Assembly: GCA_937892395.1 (NCBI GenBank)
Contig: CALAGJ010000111.1
Span: 2,039 to 66,038 of the forward strand
Reading direction: 5' to 3'
DNA from: an uncultured Parafilimonas sp.
GTDB lineage: Bacteria > Bacteroidota > Bacteroidia > Chitinophagales > Chitinophagaceae
DNA: 64,000 nt
The position numbers and the translations under genes were made by a program. Each line of letters starts with the position of its first letter. Position 1 is the first letter of the stretch. The notes under the pieces were generated by a model. It saw only the letters and a list, made by a program, of their open reading frames with translations, made no database searches and was not told the origin of the DNA. Of this stretch, positions 9,416 to 19,332 are shown piece after piece.

Positions 9416-10870
9416 CTATTGCCCTTGGGCTAAGGAATATGCTTTTTTACCATCCCACATATTCAGTAATTCTATTGAGCATATTTTGTAATCTGTACTG
9501 ATTCTTTTTTGTAATTCTAAAATATCAGTTTGGGTGAGTGGCGCATCGCCAATGCTCTCAAATCTAAGTCTGTACTGGTTTACAAGGTTTGTAAACAAAG
9601 ATCCTTTTGGCCATACTTGCGTGCCTCTATTACTGATGGTAATCAGTTTAAAAAGATCCAATGTGTGTACTAAGCTTTTTTCAGCTAATACATTTGGCTG
9701 TTCATTGCTTTCCACAAAAATGTCTACACCAACAATTATTTCTGCATTCATTTCCTTTGTTTCTAACATTGGATTTTTTTCCAGAATAAACTGTGTTGGT
9801 GTAATAGATAAATTTTCCAAAATTGGCCTTGCCCCATGCACCGGCTGTTGATCAAAATTACGAATTATCGCATCTGCAAATTCTGTTGTATTTAATGCAG
9901 GAGTTGTTTTACTCCCAAAGTCTCCCGTATGAATACCTTGCTCTAAAGTATAGAGTAAAGCATTTTCAATACGTGCCGCCTGTTGCATAAAACCTAAATG
10001 CCTGAGCATAGATAATCCGGATAAAAGTAGTGCAGTAGGGTTTGCAATATTTTTACCTGCTATATCAGGCGCTGTGCCATGTACTGCTTCAAAAATGCAG
10101 ATATGATCACCAATATTTGCCGAAGGCGCAAAACCTAAACCACCTACTAATCCTGCACACAAATCTGATACAATATCTCCCTGTAAATTGGTAAGTACCA
10201 CTACATCAAATAAATCCGGGCGGGTCACTAATTTCATACAAAGATCATCCACAATTACATCATCCACTTTTAACTCAGGATATTCTTTTGCCACTTCATA
10301 AAATACTTCTAGAAAAAGACCATCTGTTATTTTCATGATATTGGCTTTATGACCACAGGTTATGCGCTTGCACCCTTTTTTGCGGGCCATTTCAAAAGCA
10401 TATTTTATAACTTGCATACTACCTGGTCTAGTTATAAAGCGACGGCTCAAAGCCACATCATGCGTAAGCATGTGCTCAATGCCTCCATAAGTATCTTCAA
10501 TATTTTCTCTTACAATCGTAACATCTATGGCTATGCCAGCTTTAGAGAAAACGGTATCTACACCGTGCAAGGTTTGGAATGTGCGTTTATTAGCATAGGT
10601 ATTCCAAGTTTTGCGGGCTGTTACATTTACAGATTTTACACCCTTACCCTTTGGTGTTTCCATTGGCCCTTTGAATAAAATACCAAGACTTTCTATTGCC
10701 TGTTGCGCCTCAGGAGTCATGCCATTGCTGTATCCTTTGTCAAAAACCCATTTGCCCATTTCAACAACCTGATAGGTTAAAGGTAGTTCGGCTGCATTAA
10801 AAATTGATAATACGGCATCCATTATTTCAGGCCCAATTCCATCACCTTTTGCAACAGCAATTTTTATCAT
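9416..10870 (-). CDS. icd: isocitrate dehydrogenase (isocitrate/isopropylmalate dehydrogenase family, long ~480-aa form)
   Basis: The N-terminus [17 protein letters not shown] is typical of the family. So are [24 protein letters not shown] and [21 protein letters not shown]-terminal extension is present. Confidence 0.85.
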   Translation of the reverse strand: MIKIAVAKGDGIGPEIMDAVLSIFNAAELPLTYQVVEMGKWVFDKGYSNGMTPEAQQAIESLGILFKGPMETPKGKGVKSVNVTARKTWNTYANKRTFQTLHGVDTVFSKAGIAIDVTIVRENIEDTYGGIEHMLTHDVALSRRFITRPGSMQVIKYAFEMARKKGCKRITCGHKANIMKITDGLFLEVFYEVAKEYPELKVDDVIVDDLCMKLVTRPDLFDVVVLTNLQGDIVSDLCAGLVGGLGFAPSANIGDHICIFEAVHGTAPDIAGKNIANPTALLLSGLSMLRHLGFMQQAARIENALLYTLEQGIHTGDFGSKTTPALNTTEFADAIIRNFDQQPVHGARPILENLSITPTQFILEKNPMLETKEMNAEIIVGVDIFVESNEQPNVLAEKSLVHTLDLFKLITISNRGTQVWPKGSLFTNLVNQYRLRFESIGDAPLTQTDILELQKRISTDYKICSIELLNMWDGKKAYSLAQGQ

Positions 10871-10890
10871 GATTATTTTTTTACAGGCAA

Positions 10891-10898
10891 CAAAAATA
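10891..10898 (-). promoter_or_regulatory. candidate -7 box (TATTTTTG) for icd
   Basis: CAAAAATA on the + strand, 20 nt upstream of the icd ATG. Matches TAnnTTTG. Confidence 0.35.
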
Positions 10899-10980
10899 GG
10901 GTGTATTGGTTCTGTTATTTCGATGCATTTTTTACAATAATTATATATCCTTGTCTGTTTATTTTTTTTTAAAGAATTTT

Positions 10981-11155
10981 GGACGTGCCCCTGTGGGTCG
11001 TGCTTTACACTATAAGTCCTCGCTGCGTTGCTGGCTTTTCGTTACAAATGAAGCGTGGCGAAATTCATGAATGCCAAAATAAAATAGAAGATAAAATCGT
11101 AATCCTTCAAGGATAGATGCGAAATTTATGAATGCCAAAGTCACTTTAAATGATA
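10981..11155 (+). repeat. intergenic dispersed repeat, family A, copy 1
   Basis: Aligns base-for-base over about 170 nt with 15889-16080. Shared sequence includes GG.CGTGCCCCT..GGGTCG.G.TTT.CACTA.AAGTCC.CGCTGCG...GGCTTTTCGTT.CAAAT.AAGCGT.GCGAAATTCA.GAATGCCAAAA. Contains an internal ~60-nt subunit repeated twice (GCGAAATT(C/T)ATGAATGCCAAA at 11058-11078 and 11119-11139). Confidence 0.8.
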
Positions 11156-11247
11156 TTTATTTAATACCTCAAGCTTCATAGAGTAATTAAATAAAACCAA
11201 GGTTAAAACGCTACAAGCATTATTTTTTATGTAACCAACATTATTCA

Positions 11248-12615
11248 TTACACATTTTCCACATGCAGCTCCGGCATCAATCCCTGTAAATAATTTTCAT
11301 CATGTTGCGTAGCATCTAATCCTATTTTTTCTTCATGGATGCTCACCCTTAGGGGCAAAATGAAATTGATAAACCGAAATATCAGATAGGATACTGAGAA
11401 GCTATAACCAACCACAATCAGCAATGCCTTCAGTTGAGTAAAGAAGAAATCAGTATTGCCATAAAAAAGTCCATCATTACCCGTAGGGTTCACTGTTTTT
11501 GTGGCAAAAATTCCTGTCATCAACATACCTGCTATGCCACCCAAACCATGACAGGGAAATACATCTAATGTATCATCTAATCTTGATTTCTGTTTATAAT
11601 ATACTGCTAGATTTGAAATAATAGCTGCTATAAAACCAATAAAAACACTCTGTGGCAAAGCTACATATCCCGCCGAAGGCGTTATGGCTACAAGCCCTAC
11701 TACAGCACCAATACAGAAACCGAGCACAGATGGTTTTTTGCCCCGCATTGCATCAAAAAACATCCAGCTTAAGCCCGCTGCAGCCGCTGCGGTATTTGTA
11801 GTGGCAAATGCCGATACTGCCAGACCATTGGCTGCAAGTGCAGAGCCTGCATTAAAACCAAACCAGCCAAACCACAATAAACCCGTGCCAATAAGTACAT
11901 AAGGAATATTTGCAGGTGGTATTTCTATCTGCTCTTGATGGGCAATTCTTTGTTTCAAAACAATAGCTCCTGCTAATGCTGCACATCCTGCGCTAATATG
12001 TACTACTGTGCCACCAGCAAAATCCAAAACACCCCATTGAAATAGAAACCCCTCAGGATTCCAGGTCCAGTGTGCAAGAGGTGCATATACAAAAACGCTA
12101 AACAATAAAATAAACAATACATAAGAAGTAAACTTTATACGCTCTGCCACAGCCCCTACCACTAAGCCTGGGGTAATGATGGCAAACATCAATTGAAACA
12201 TGGCGAATAAACTCAAGGGTATGGTAGGTGCAAGGCTCCAGGGCTCCCCGGAAAAAACATGCTGAAAGAAAAAATGTGAAGCCGGATTGCCAATAAAACC
12301 ACCCAAAGATTTACCAAAAACCAAACTATACCCCACAACAATCCAACTAATGCTTACCACCCCTGCGGCCACTATGCTTTTGATCATTGTTGATATCACA
12401 TTCTTTCTATGTACCATGCCTCCATAAAAAAATGCAAGACCGGGTGTCATCAAAAAAACAAGTGCAGTGGCTATGAGAATCCAGGCTGTATCAGCCGCAT
12501 TATATACATGGTTTTTATCCTCAAAAATGGGAACTGAAGGTATAAATAAAGCTATTAGTGCAATAGCGGTTAAAATCAGAAATGGTAACAGTTGCTTTGC
12601 TGTAGCCTTACTCAT
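11248..12615 (-). CDS. amt: ammonium transporter (Amt family)
   Basis: 455 aa and polytopic. Has Amt signatures DTAWILIATALVFLMTPGLAFFYGGMV, DFAGGTVVHISAG and WFGWFGFNAGS. Confidence 0.92.
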   Translation of the reverse strand: MSKATAKQLLPFLILTAIALIALFIPSVPIFEDKNHVYNAADTAWILIATALVFLMTPGLAFFYGGMVHRKNVISTMIKSIVAAGVVSISWIVVGYSLVFGKSLGGFIGNPASHFFFQHVFSGEPWSLAPTIPLSLFAMFQLMFAIITPGLVVGAVAERIKFTSYVLFILLFSVFVYAPLAHWTWNPEGFLFQWGVLDFAGGTVVHISAGCAALAGAIVLKQRIAHQEQIEIPPANIPYVLIGTGLLWFGWFGFNAGSALAANGLAVSAFATTNTAAAAAGLSWMFFDAMRGKKPSVLGFCIGAVVGLVAITPSAGYVALPQSVFIGFIAAIISNLAVYYKQKSRLDDTLDVFPCHGLGGIAGMLMTGIFATKTVNPTGNDGLFYGNTDFFFTQLKALLIVVGYSFSVSYLIFRFINFILPLRVSIHEEKIGLDATQHDENYLQGLMPELHVENV

Positions 12616-12932
12616 ATTAAATTAAATATATGTTTATTATAAGCAAGTAAAATTAAATTTCAAATAGACTAACAACTGTTTTAAAGACTTTATTTTTTGA
12701 AAAATATATTTTTTGTGAATAAATTGTTGTTATGATTATTAATATTTCAAATACATAAATAATATATCTATTGAATAGCACAATAAATTATTAAAAAATA
12801 TCATAGTCCGATGTGACATAAAATAGGGGTTTAAGAATTGCAGGTGCATCCTTAGCATACAATTAAATAAATTCAAGTCTAATTACAATCAGTCAGAAAA
12901 AAACTATACTATACTTTACATTTCAGTATGCA

Positions 12933-12940
12933 TATATTTG
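12933..12940 (+). promoter_or_regulatory. candidate -7 box (TATATTTG)
   Basis: Matches TAnnTTTG. Lies 31 nt upstream of the ATG at 12972. Confidence 0.35.
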
Positions 12941-12971
12941 AACCAACTTATATCAACAAAAATTTTGCTAA

Positions 12972-15875
12972 ATGAAAAATCAGTTTACAAACAGGGTTTT
13001 GCTTTCCCTTATCTTTCTTGCCATTGTTTTAATTACTCTTTATACATTAAAAACATCAAAAGCAAAAAAAGATTTAGCACCACAATCCACACTCATGCCA
13101 CCGGGTGAAGGCAGCAAAGAAGAAGGGGTGGAGCATGAAAAGAAAAAAGCATTATGGTGGGAGTTAATACATCGCTCTGCACCCAGTGACGATTGGAAAA
13201 AAATAAATGCCATCAATGCTGAAATGCTTATTCAGCAAAAGCAAAACATAAAAAATTTAAGTGCACCATTTATTGGGGGAGATGAAGTGTTTGCCAATGG
13301 AAAAATTACAGGACAATGGAGTGAAAGGGGTAATGCAAACATTGCCGGAAGCACCATTGGTGTATCCTTTGTGCCGGAAACGGATGAAATATATACCATA
13401 ACCTCAGGCGGAAGTTTGTGGAAGGGAAAAAGAGATGGTAGCCTATGGCAGGTTTTAAATGACGATATTGTTTTTGATAATGTAGATGTACTCGCTTTTC
13501 AAAAACCTGGTGGCGGTATAAGAATATTGGCACATACTTCTTTTGGAGCGGTAAGTTATTCAGATGATGATGGTAAAACATTTACAACTTGCGGTGGCAA
13601 AATCAACGATGGTTCAAAATTTGATTTTTATGCAGTCAAGAGATATTTTGTTGCTAACGATGCACAGCGAACGCTCTACCTGCATACATTCGGTTATGAT
13701 TTTGCAAATAGTGATTATGTATTGACTACATTTAAATCTACCAATCAAGGCGCATCTTTTACAGAGGTAGATGTCGTAAAGCTTGGCGCTTATAATTCAG
13801 ATCTTGGTTCCGAGCACATGGCTTATAATAGTAATACTGTTTATAGCATTTTTATTGCATCCGGATCTGTTTTAACCACAAAAATTGATGGAAGCATAGT
13901 TACTTCTAAATCCTTTTCCATATCTGGATTATCAGGCACTTGTGTAATCAGAGCTGTAAATATTGGTGGCACGGTTACCTTGTATATGTTGGTAAATAAT
14001 GTAAGTATATACACCAGTACAAATGATGGATTATCTTGGACAAAAAAAGGAAACTTGCCAGCAGCATCATGGGGTCGATTGGACGTGTCTGCTACCAATG
14101 CTTCCTTGGTGTTTGCGGGGGCTGTAAATGCTATACGCAGCAGCAATGGAGGTACAAACTGGACCACTGTAAATGAGTGGTATGAGTACTACAATAATAT
14201 ACCCGGCAAACTGCATGCAGACATCATGGAAATCAAACAATATTATACACTGGGCGGCACTCCTTTCGCTATCATAAACAATCATGGTGGCTGTGCGGTT
14301 TCTTACGATAACTTAGTTACCACTCAAAATATTTCACTTACTGGATTATACAATGCACAGTACTACGATGTATTGACAAATCCTGCAAAACCGAATGAAA
14401 TATATGGTGGCACACAGGATCAGGGATGGCATATTGCAACTACTGCTACCACACCTGGCATTCTAAACATGACACAACAAATCAGTGGTGATTATGGCCA
14501 CTTGGCCTTGACAGGTAATAACAAAAATTTATGGAGTGAATATCCAGGAGGATGGGTTATTTATTATACAAACCCTGCGGGAAATGTTTCTCCGGGTAGT
14601 TGGCAGCTCAGTGGTTCAGCATTGCCACTCTATGGCTGGATTTTGCCAACAGCCACCGTGTCTAACAATGAAAATGGCATTTATATAGCTGGTGGCAATA
14701 TCAATGGCGGCAGCGGTTCATACTTAGTAAGGGTAGATGCATCCACCACTACACCTGTATCCTTTACAGCCAAGCAGTTTAACTATGATTTTAGAGCAGC
14801 CAGTGGTGGCAGTGCAGGCATATCTGCCATAGAGCCATCTGTGATCAATACAAAAAATATATTTGTAGGTACAGAAAATGGTTTGTTTTATTATACAAAA
14901 GACAGTGGAAGCACCTGGCTCAAATCCTCTTTGGGTAGCGGGCCGGAGCCTTGGTATCTGTATGGCAATAGCATTTACTCCAGTAAAAAAGACATCAATA
15001 CCGTGTGGTATGCCGGTAGTGGTTACAGCAATGCACCCGTTTGGGAAAGTACAAACGGAGGCAAAGATTTTACAGCAACAAGCACAGGTTTGCCACAGAC
15101 TTTGGTGTATGAAATTTGTGCCAATGATGATGAAACCTTACTCTTTGCAGGTACCGCCGCAGGGCCTTATGTATATGTACGAGAAGAAAAAAAATGGTAT
15201 AGCCTAACCGGGGTAGAAACTCCCTTACAGGATTATGTATCTGTAGAATATATTTCATCCGCTCAAACCGTAAGATTCGGCACATTTGGAAGAGGTATTT
15301 GGGATTTTAAAATAACCGCCCTTACCCTGCCTGTTACCCTCAAATCATTTACTGCTATTGCTCAAAACAAAAATGCGGTATTAAATTGGGCCACATCATC
15401 AGAATCAAACACAGCAGCTTTTTATATACAGCGCAGCACAGATGGTGTACAATTCAATACCATTGGTACTGTGGATGCAAGAGGTAAATCAGGTCTTGGA
15501 GCATCCTACAATTATACAGACATCAATGCACTATCACTGCTGTCTGCAAAGGCAATTTACTATCGCTTACAAGTAGCAGATTACGATGGTAAAAGTAGCA
15601 TCAGCAAGGTAGAAGCCATACAAAATTTACAGGCCACTTTATTAGTCAAGCTATCGCCAAATCCGGTGCATACAAACACAAAAATATCCATTGACAATGC
15701 AATTGGAAAAGTAGCCGTCATGGTAAAAGACCTCAATGGAAAATTAATATGGCAGCAAATCGGCATTACTGAAAATACAGTAACCATACAAGCAGAAAAA
15801 TTTGCCGCAGGCACTTATATAGTTACAGTAAAAGATGAAAATGCCACACACACATTAAAACTGGTAAAACAATAA
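12972..15875 (+). CDS. secreted BNR/Asp-box repeat beta-propeller protein (sortilin/GH74-like fold) with T9SS type-A CTD
   Basis: Has an N-terminal signal/anchor. Carries at least six Asp-box motifs (S-x-D-x-G-x-T/S-W/F): SDDDGKTF, STNQGASF, STNDGLSW, SSNGGTNW, TKDSGSTW, STNGGKDF. The C-terminus LSPNPVHTNTKI...LKLVKQ is a T9SS CTD. Confidence 0.75.
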   Translation: MKNQFTNRVLLSLIFLAIVLITLYTLKTSKAKKDLAPQSTLMPPGEGSKEEGVEHEKKKALWWELIHRSAPSDDWKKINAINAEMLIQQKQNIKNLSAPFIGGDEVFANGKITGQWSERGNANIAGSTIGVSFVPETDEIYTITSGGSLWKGKRDGSLWQVLNDDIVFDNVDVLAFQKPGGGIRILAHTSFGAVSYSDDDGKTFTTCGGKINDGSKFDFYAVKRYFVANDAQRTLYLHTFGYDFANSDYVLTTFKSTNQGASFTEVDVVKLGAYNSDLGSEHMAYNSNTVYSIFIASGSVLTTKIDGSIVTSKSFSISGLSGTCVIRAVNIGGTVTLYMLVNNVSIYTSTNDGLSWTKKGNLPAASWGRLDVSATNASLVFAGAVNAIRSSNGGTNWTTVNEWYEYYNNIPGKLHADIMEIKQYYTLGGTPFAIINNHGGCAVSYDNLVTTQNISLTGLYNAQYYDVLTNPAKPNEIYGGTQDQGWHIATTATTPGILNMTQQISGDYGHLALTGNNKNLWSEYPGGWVIYYTNPAGNVSPGSWQLSGSALPLYGWILPTATVSNNENGIYIAGGNINGGSGSYLVRVDASTTTPVSFTAKQFNYDFRAASGGSAGISAIEPSVINTKNIFVGTENGLFYYTKDSGSTWLKSSLGSGPEPWYLYGNSIYSSKKDINTVWYAGSGYSNAPVWESTNGGKDFTATSTGLPQTLVYEICANDDETLLFAGTAAGPYVYVREEKKWYSLTGVETPLQDYVSVEYISSAQTVRFGTFGRGIWDFKITALTLPVTLKSFTAIAQNKNAVLNWATSSESNTAAFYIQRSTDGVQFNTIGTVDARGKSGLGASYNYTDINALSLLSAKAIYYRLQVADYDGKSSISKVEAIQNLQATLLVKLSPNPVHTNTKISIDNAIGKVAVMVKDLNGKLIWQQIGITENTVTIQAEKFAAGTYIVTVKDENATHTLKLVKQ

Positions 15876-15888
15876 AATAATATTTTTT

Positions 15889-16080
15889 GGGGCGTGCCCC
15901 TACGGGTCGGGATTTTCACTACAAGTCCCCGCTGCGCTGTGGGCTTTTCGTTTCAAATAAAGCGTAGCGAAATTCACGAATGCCAAAAAAATAAAAGATA
16001 TATTCGTAATCCCTCACGCATAGAAGTGAAATGTACAAATGCCAAAAAAGATTAAAGATACATTCATAATTCTTAACGCA
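15889..16080 (+). repeat. intergenic dispersed repeat, family A, copy 2
   Basis: Same element and same orientation as 10981-11155. Contains about three degenerate ~60-nt subunits (GCGAAATTCACGAATGCCAAA at 15967-15987; GTGAAATGTACAAATGCCAAA at 16026-16046; TATTCGTAATCCCTCACGCA at 16001-16020 versus CATTCATAATTCTTAACGCA at 16061-16080). Confidence 0.8.
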
Positions 16081-16086
16081 ATATTC

Positions 16087-16116
16087 AAAAGCCCACGGTT
16101 TAAACCTTGGGCTTTT
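16087..16116 (+). terminator. hairpin at the 3' edge of repeat copy 2 (possible terminator)
   Basis: AAAAGCCCACGG-TTTAAA-CCTTGGGCTTTT has 12-nt arms with one mismatch, and the 3' arm ends in TTTT. It lies 210 nt downstream of the stop at 15875, so its terminator role is uncertain. Confidence 0.4.
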
Positions 16117-16330
16117 GAAATAAAAGGGCCCATAAAGTTGCTATCTGTATGCCTACAATTGATTGCAAAAGCCTTATAAAAACCTGCACAAAAAAATAAT
16201 ACTAAATCAGCTATACAACACGGCATTCATCATGACCCTGCCTTTTGAATAACGTATAGCCACCCCCTCCACCAAAGGTCTTTTTTTAATAAGCATCGTC
16301 GTCCCTCCTCGCAATGATTTACCGTGCGTA

Positions 16331-16357
16331 ATCATTCCCCGAAGGGGTAAATAATAA
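16331..16357 (+). repeat. short dispersed hairpin motif, family B, copy 1
   Basis: ATCATTCCCCGAAGGGGTAAATAATAA. Compare 37310-37336, 41445-41471 (reverse complement) and 56723-56740 (reverse complement). Confidence 0.6.
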
Positions 16358-16578
16358 ATTTTGATGCAACAAAAATTTCTGATTTTGCATTGGATTAGAG
16401 CAATCTTTGATTGTAGGTTATAATGTGGTATTGGACCTGAAAGACTTATTGTCATTTTCATTGTTGAAAAGATGCAATAATTGCTGATGAATGAGTATTT
16501 GATGGACATTATTTCCTTTTTTTCTCTGATGGATTTTTATTTGCTGATTACCTATCTCATTCTTTAAAATATATTAAA

Positions 16579-19227
16579 ATGAATTTAGGAAATTTTACGG
16601 TTAAGGCTGCAGAATGCATTCAACAGGCTCAGCAATTTGCATTTAATCTACAACATACAAATATTGAAACCGAGCATATTTTAAAAGCATTGATGAATCA
16701 GGAGGACAATACGATTGATTATCTCCTGAAAAAAAATAATGTGTCTGTACAGTTGGTGGATACTAAATTGGAAGAAATGCTTAAAAAGCTACCAATCACC
16801 AAATCGGAACCTGCACAGTCTGTAAGTAGGGATGCAAACAATGTAATACTTAGAGCGGGTAATGTATTAAAGAAATTTGGTGATGAGTTTATAACGCCGG
16901 AGCATGTACTGCTGGCCATACTGCAGGGTAGTGATAGTACTGCAAAACTGCTGAAAGAAAATGGACTTACAGAAAAGGGGCTTACAGAAGCCATTAATAC
17001 ACTACGCAAAGGTGAAAAAATAACCTCACAAACCCAAAGTCAGGAATACAATGCGTTAAATAAATATGCAAGAAACTTGAATGAATTGGGCAGGCTGGGA
17101 AAGTTGGACCCGGTGATAGGTAGAGATGAGGAAATACGCCGCACCCTGCACATACTATCTCGCCGCAGCAAAAACAATCCCATATTGGTAGGTGAGCCGG
17201 GAGTGGGAAAAACTGCAATAGCTGAAGGTATTGCCATGCGTATTGTAAATGGAGATGTGCCAGATAACCTGAAATCTAAAATTATTTATGCTTTGGATAT
17301 GGGTCAGCTGATAGCAGGGGCAAAGTATAAAGGTGAATTTGAGGAACGCCTCAAAGCAGTTATTAAAGAAGTGAGCAATAGTGATGGTGATATCATTTTA
17401 TTTATTGATGAAATACATACGTTAGTAGGTGCAGGTGGGGGAGAAGGTGCAATGGATGCCGCCAATATTTTGAAACCCGCTCTGGCAAGGGGTGAGCTGA
17501 GGGCTGTGGGTGCTACTACACTCAATGAATATCAAAAATATTTTGAAAAAGATAAAGCATTGGAGCGTAGGTTTCAAAAGGTTATTATTGATGAACCTGC
17601 GGTGGAAGATGCGGTATCTATACTGCGTGGATTGAAAGATAGATATGAAACACACCACCATGTACGTATAAAAGATGAAGCCATTATAGCCGCAGTAGAA
17701 CTATCACACAGATATATAACAGATCGTTTTCTGCCGGACAAAGCCATTGACCTCATAGATGAAAGTGCTGCAAAGCTTAGGCTTGAAATGAATAGTATGC
17801 CTGAGGAATTGGACAAATTAGAAAGACAGATAAGGCAGATGGAAATAGAGCGGGAAGCCATAAAGAGAGAGATAGATGCTATGCCCATTATAGCTGCTGC
17901 GCAGGATGCAGGAAGAAAGCAATCTGATACCTTGAAACTAAAAGAATTAAATACCGAGTTAGCTAATTTGAGTGTGGAGCGAGACACCCTGAAGGCAAGG
18001 TGGAAAGAAGAAAAAGAACAGGTGGAAAAAGTGCAAGAGGCAAAAGCTGCTATTGAGCAATTTAAACTACAGGCAGAACAGGCTGAGCGAAATGGAGAAT
18101 ATGGCACAGTAGCGGAAATAAGATATGGAAAAATAAAAGAGCAGGAAACCATCATCAGCCAGTTGACGGACCAAATAGCAAATGCAGGTGCTAAGCGCAT
18201 GCTGAAGGAAGAAGTGGATGCAGAAGATATAGCAGAAAATGTGAGTAAGGCCACAGGTATTCCGGTTACAAAAATGCTACAAAGTGAATCTGAGAAATTA
18301 TTGCATTTGGAAGATGATCTGCACAAAAAAGTAATTGGACAGGATGAGGCCATTACCGCAGTAGCGGATGCCATAAGACGCAGCAGGGCGGGGCTGCAAG
18401 ATCCTAAAAAGCCAATTGGTTCATTTATATTTCTTGGTACTACAGGTGTCGGTAAAACAGAGCTTGCCAAGGCACTAGCTGCATATATTTTTGATGATGA
18501 AGCCATGATGACCAGGGTTGATATGAGTGAATATCAGGAAAAGCATACTGTATCCAGATTGGTAGGCGCCCCTCCGGGATATGTGGGTTATGATGAAGGC
18601 GGTCAACTGACAGAGGCCGTGCGCCGAAAGCCATACAGCGTGGTGCTTTTAGACGAAATTGAAAAAGCGCATCCGGATGTTTGGAACGTATTACTGCAGG
18701 TATTGGATGATGGTAGGCTTACTGATAATAAAGGTCGTGTGGTCAATTTCAGAAATACAATTATTATTATGACCAGCAATATGGGTAGTCATATCATTCA
18801 GGAAAATTTTGAACATATTTCTTCAGAAAATAAAGAGGCCGTTGTAGAAAAAACAAAGAAAGAAGTGATGCTGCTGCTTCGCGAAACGATAAGGCCGGAG
18901 TTTTTAAATCGTGTGGATGATATCATCATGTTTCAGCCACTGCTACAAGCAGAAATAAAACAAATTGTTTCTATACAGTTGGCAATACTTCAATCCATGC
19001 TGAAGCAAAATGGTATAGAGCTTCAATTTACAGACTATGCTTTAGATTTTCTTGCTGCACATGGTTTTGATGCACAGCTTGGGGCCAGACCTTTAAAAAG
19101 ATTAATACAAAAGGAAATAGTAAATGAACTGAGCAAAAAGATATTGGCAGGTAGTATCAATAAATCGGCTCCTGTTCTGATAGATGTATTTGATAATACG
19201 GTTGTGTTTAGAAATGAAGTAGGGTAG
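16579..19227 (+). CDS. clpB: ATP-dependent chaperone ClpB
   Basis: 882 aa. Has a Clp N-domain, two AAA+ modules ([10 protein letters not shown] and [12 protein letters not shown] Walker A motifs), a long coiled-coil middle domain, and ARPLKR at the C-terminus. Confidence 0.97.
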   Translation: MNLGNFTVKAAECIQQAQQFAFNLQHTNIETEHILKALMNQEDNTIDYLLKKNNVSVQLVDTKLEEMLKKLPITKSEPAQSVSRDANNVILRAGNVLKKFGDEFITPEHVLLAILQGSDSTAKLLKENGLTEKGLTEAINTLRKGEKITSQTQSQEYNALNKYARNLNELGRLGKLDPVIGRDEEIRRTLHILSRRSKNNPILVGEPGVGKTAIAEGIAMRIVNGDVPDNLKSKIIYALDMGQLIAGAKYKGEFEERLKAVIKEVSNSDGDIILFIDEIHTLVGAGGGEGAMDAANILKPALARGELRAVGATTLNEYQKYFEKDKALERRFQKVIIDEPAVEDAVSILRGLKDRYETHHHVRIKDEAIIAAVELSHRYITDRFLPDKAIDLIDESAAKLRLEMNSMPEELDKLERQIRQMEIEREAIKREIDAMPIIAAAQDAGRKQSDTLKLKELNTELANLSVERDTLKARWKEEKEQVEKVQEAKAAIEQFKLQAEQAERNGEYGTVAEIRYGKIKEQETIISQLTDQIANAGAKRMLKEEVDAEDIAENVSKATGIPVTKMLQSESEKLLHLEDDLHKKVIGQDEAITAVADAIRRSRAGLQDPKKPIGSFIFLGTTGVGKTELAKALAAYIFDDEAMMTRVDMSEYQEKHTVSRLVGAPPGYVGYDEGGQLTEAVRRKPYSVVLLDEIEKAHPDVWNVLLQVLDDGRLTDNKGRVVNFRNTIIIMTSNMGSHIIQENFEHISSENKEAVVEKTKKEVMLLLRETIRPEFLNRVDDIIMFQPLLQAEIKQIVSIQLAILQSMLKQNGIELQFTDYALDFLAAHGFDAQLGARPLKRLIQKEIVNELSKKILAGSINKSAPVLIDVFDNTVVFRNEVG

Positions 19228-19332
19228 GTATTATGAAAAAGTCATAATGGTATAAAACGAATTGAGATAAGCTATTGCAGGTATAACAGTAATAGCTTTT
19301 AAAGTTGGCAATTGCAGTATGATATTTTTTGT

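Noticed and set aside
11004-11030. AAGTCC-containing GC-rich segment that superficially recalls the RNase P RNA CR-I region; a general search for tRNA, tmRNA, SRP and RNase P RNAs
   Set aside because: The segment belongs to the family-A repeat, with an identical counterpart at 15914-15940. It lacks the rest of the RNase P consensus. I found no T-arm-like GGTTCGAAT words, tmRNA ends or SRP domain-IV motifs anywhere. This was an eye scan, not a tRNAscan or Infernal run.
11684-11902. 72-aa Ala/Pro-rich + strand ORF inside amt
   Set aside because: It is antisense to the glycine/alanine-rich transmembrane helices of the ammonium transporter, so it is a shadow ORF.
15961-16080. Possible CRISPR array, because of ~60-nt periodic repeats in the family-A elements
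   Set aside because: There are only 2-3 degenerate units, and the 'spacers' are themselves conserved between the two copies of the element. There is no leader and there are no cas genes in the window. It behaves as a composite dispersed repeat, not a CRISPR array.
16014-16509. ORFs 16014-16226 (70 aa) and 16207-16509 (100 aa) on the - strand
   Set aside because: The first overlaps the family-A repeat and its terminal hairpin, and the second lies in the clpB upstream region. Their translations are Cys/Ile/Phe-rich nonsense with no signal or domain features. They are probably the kind of spurious call such repeats generate.
17574-18506. 310-aa ORF on the - strand inside clpB, plus seven shorter antisense ORFs between 16719 and 18634
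   Set aside because: It lies entirely within the strongly conserved ClpB reading frame. The translation is low-complexity (S/A/L/C-rich) with no start context. It is a typical shadow ORF opposite a purine-rich (GAA/GAG/AAA) coiled-coil coding region.
19269-19299. Inverted repeat AAGCTATT-N13-AATAGCTT between convergent clpB and the permease gene, considered as a terminator
   Set aside because: The stem is AT-rich with a 13-nt loop and no adjacent T/A tract. It is too weak to call by eye, though the two genes must terminate somewhere in this 105-nt gap.
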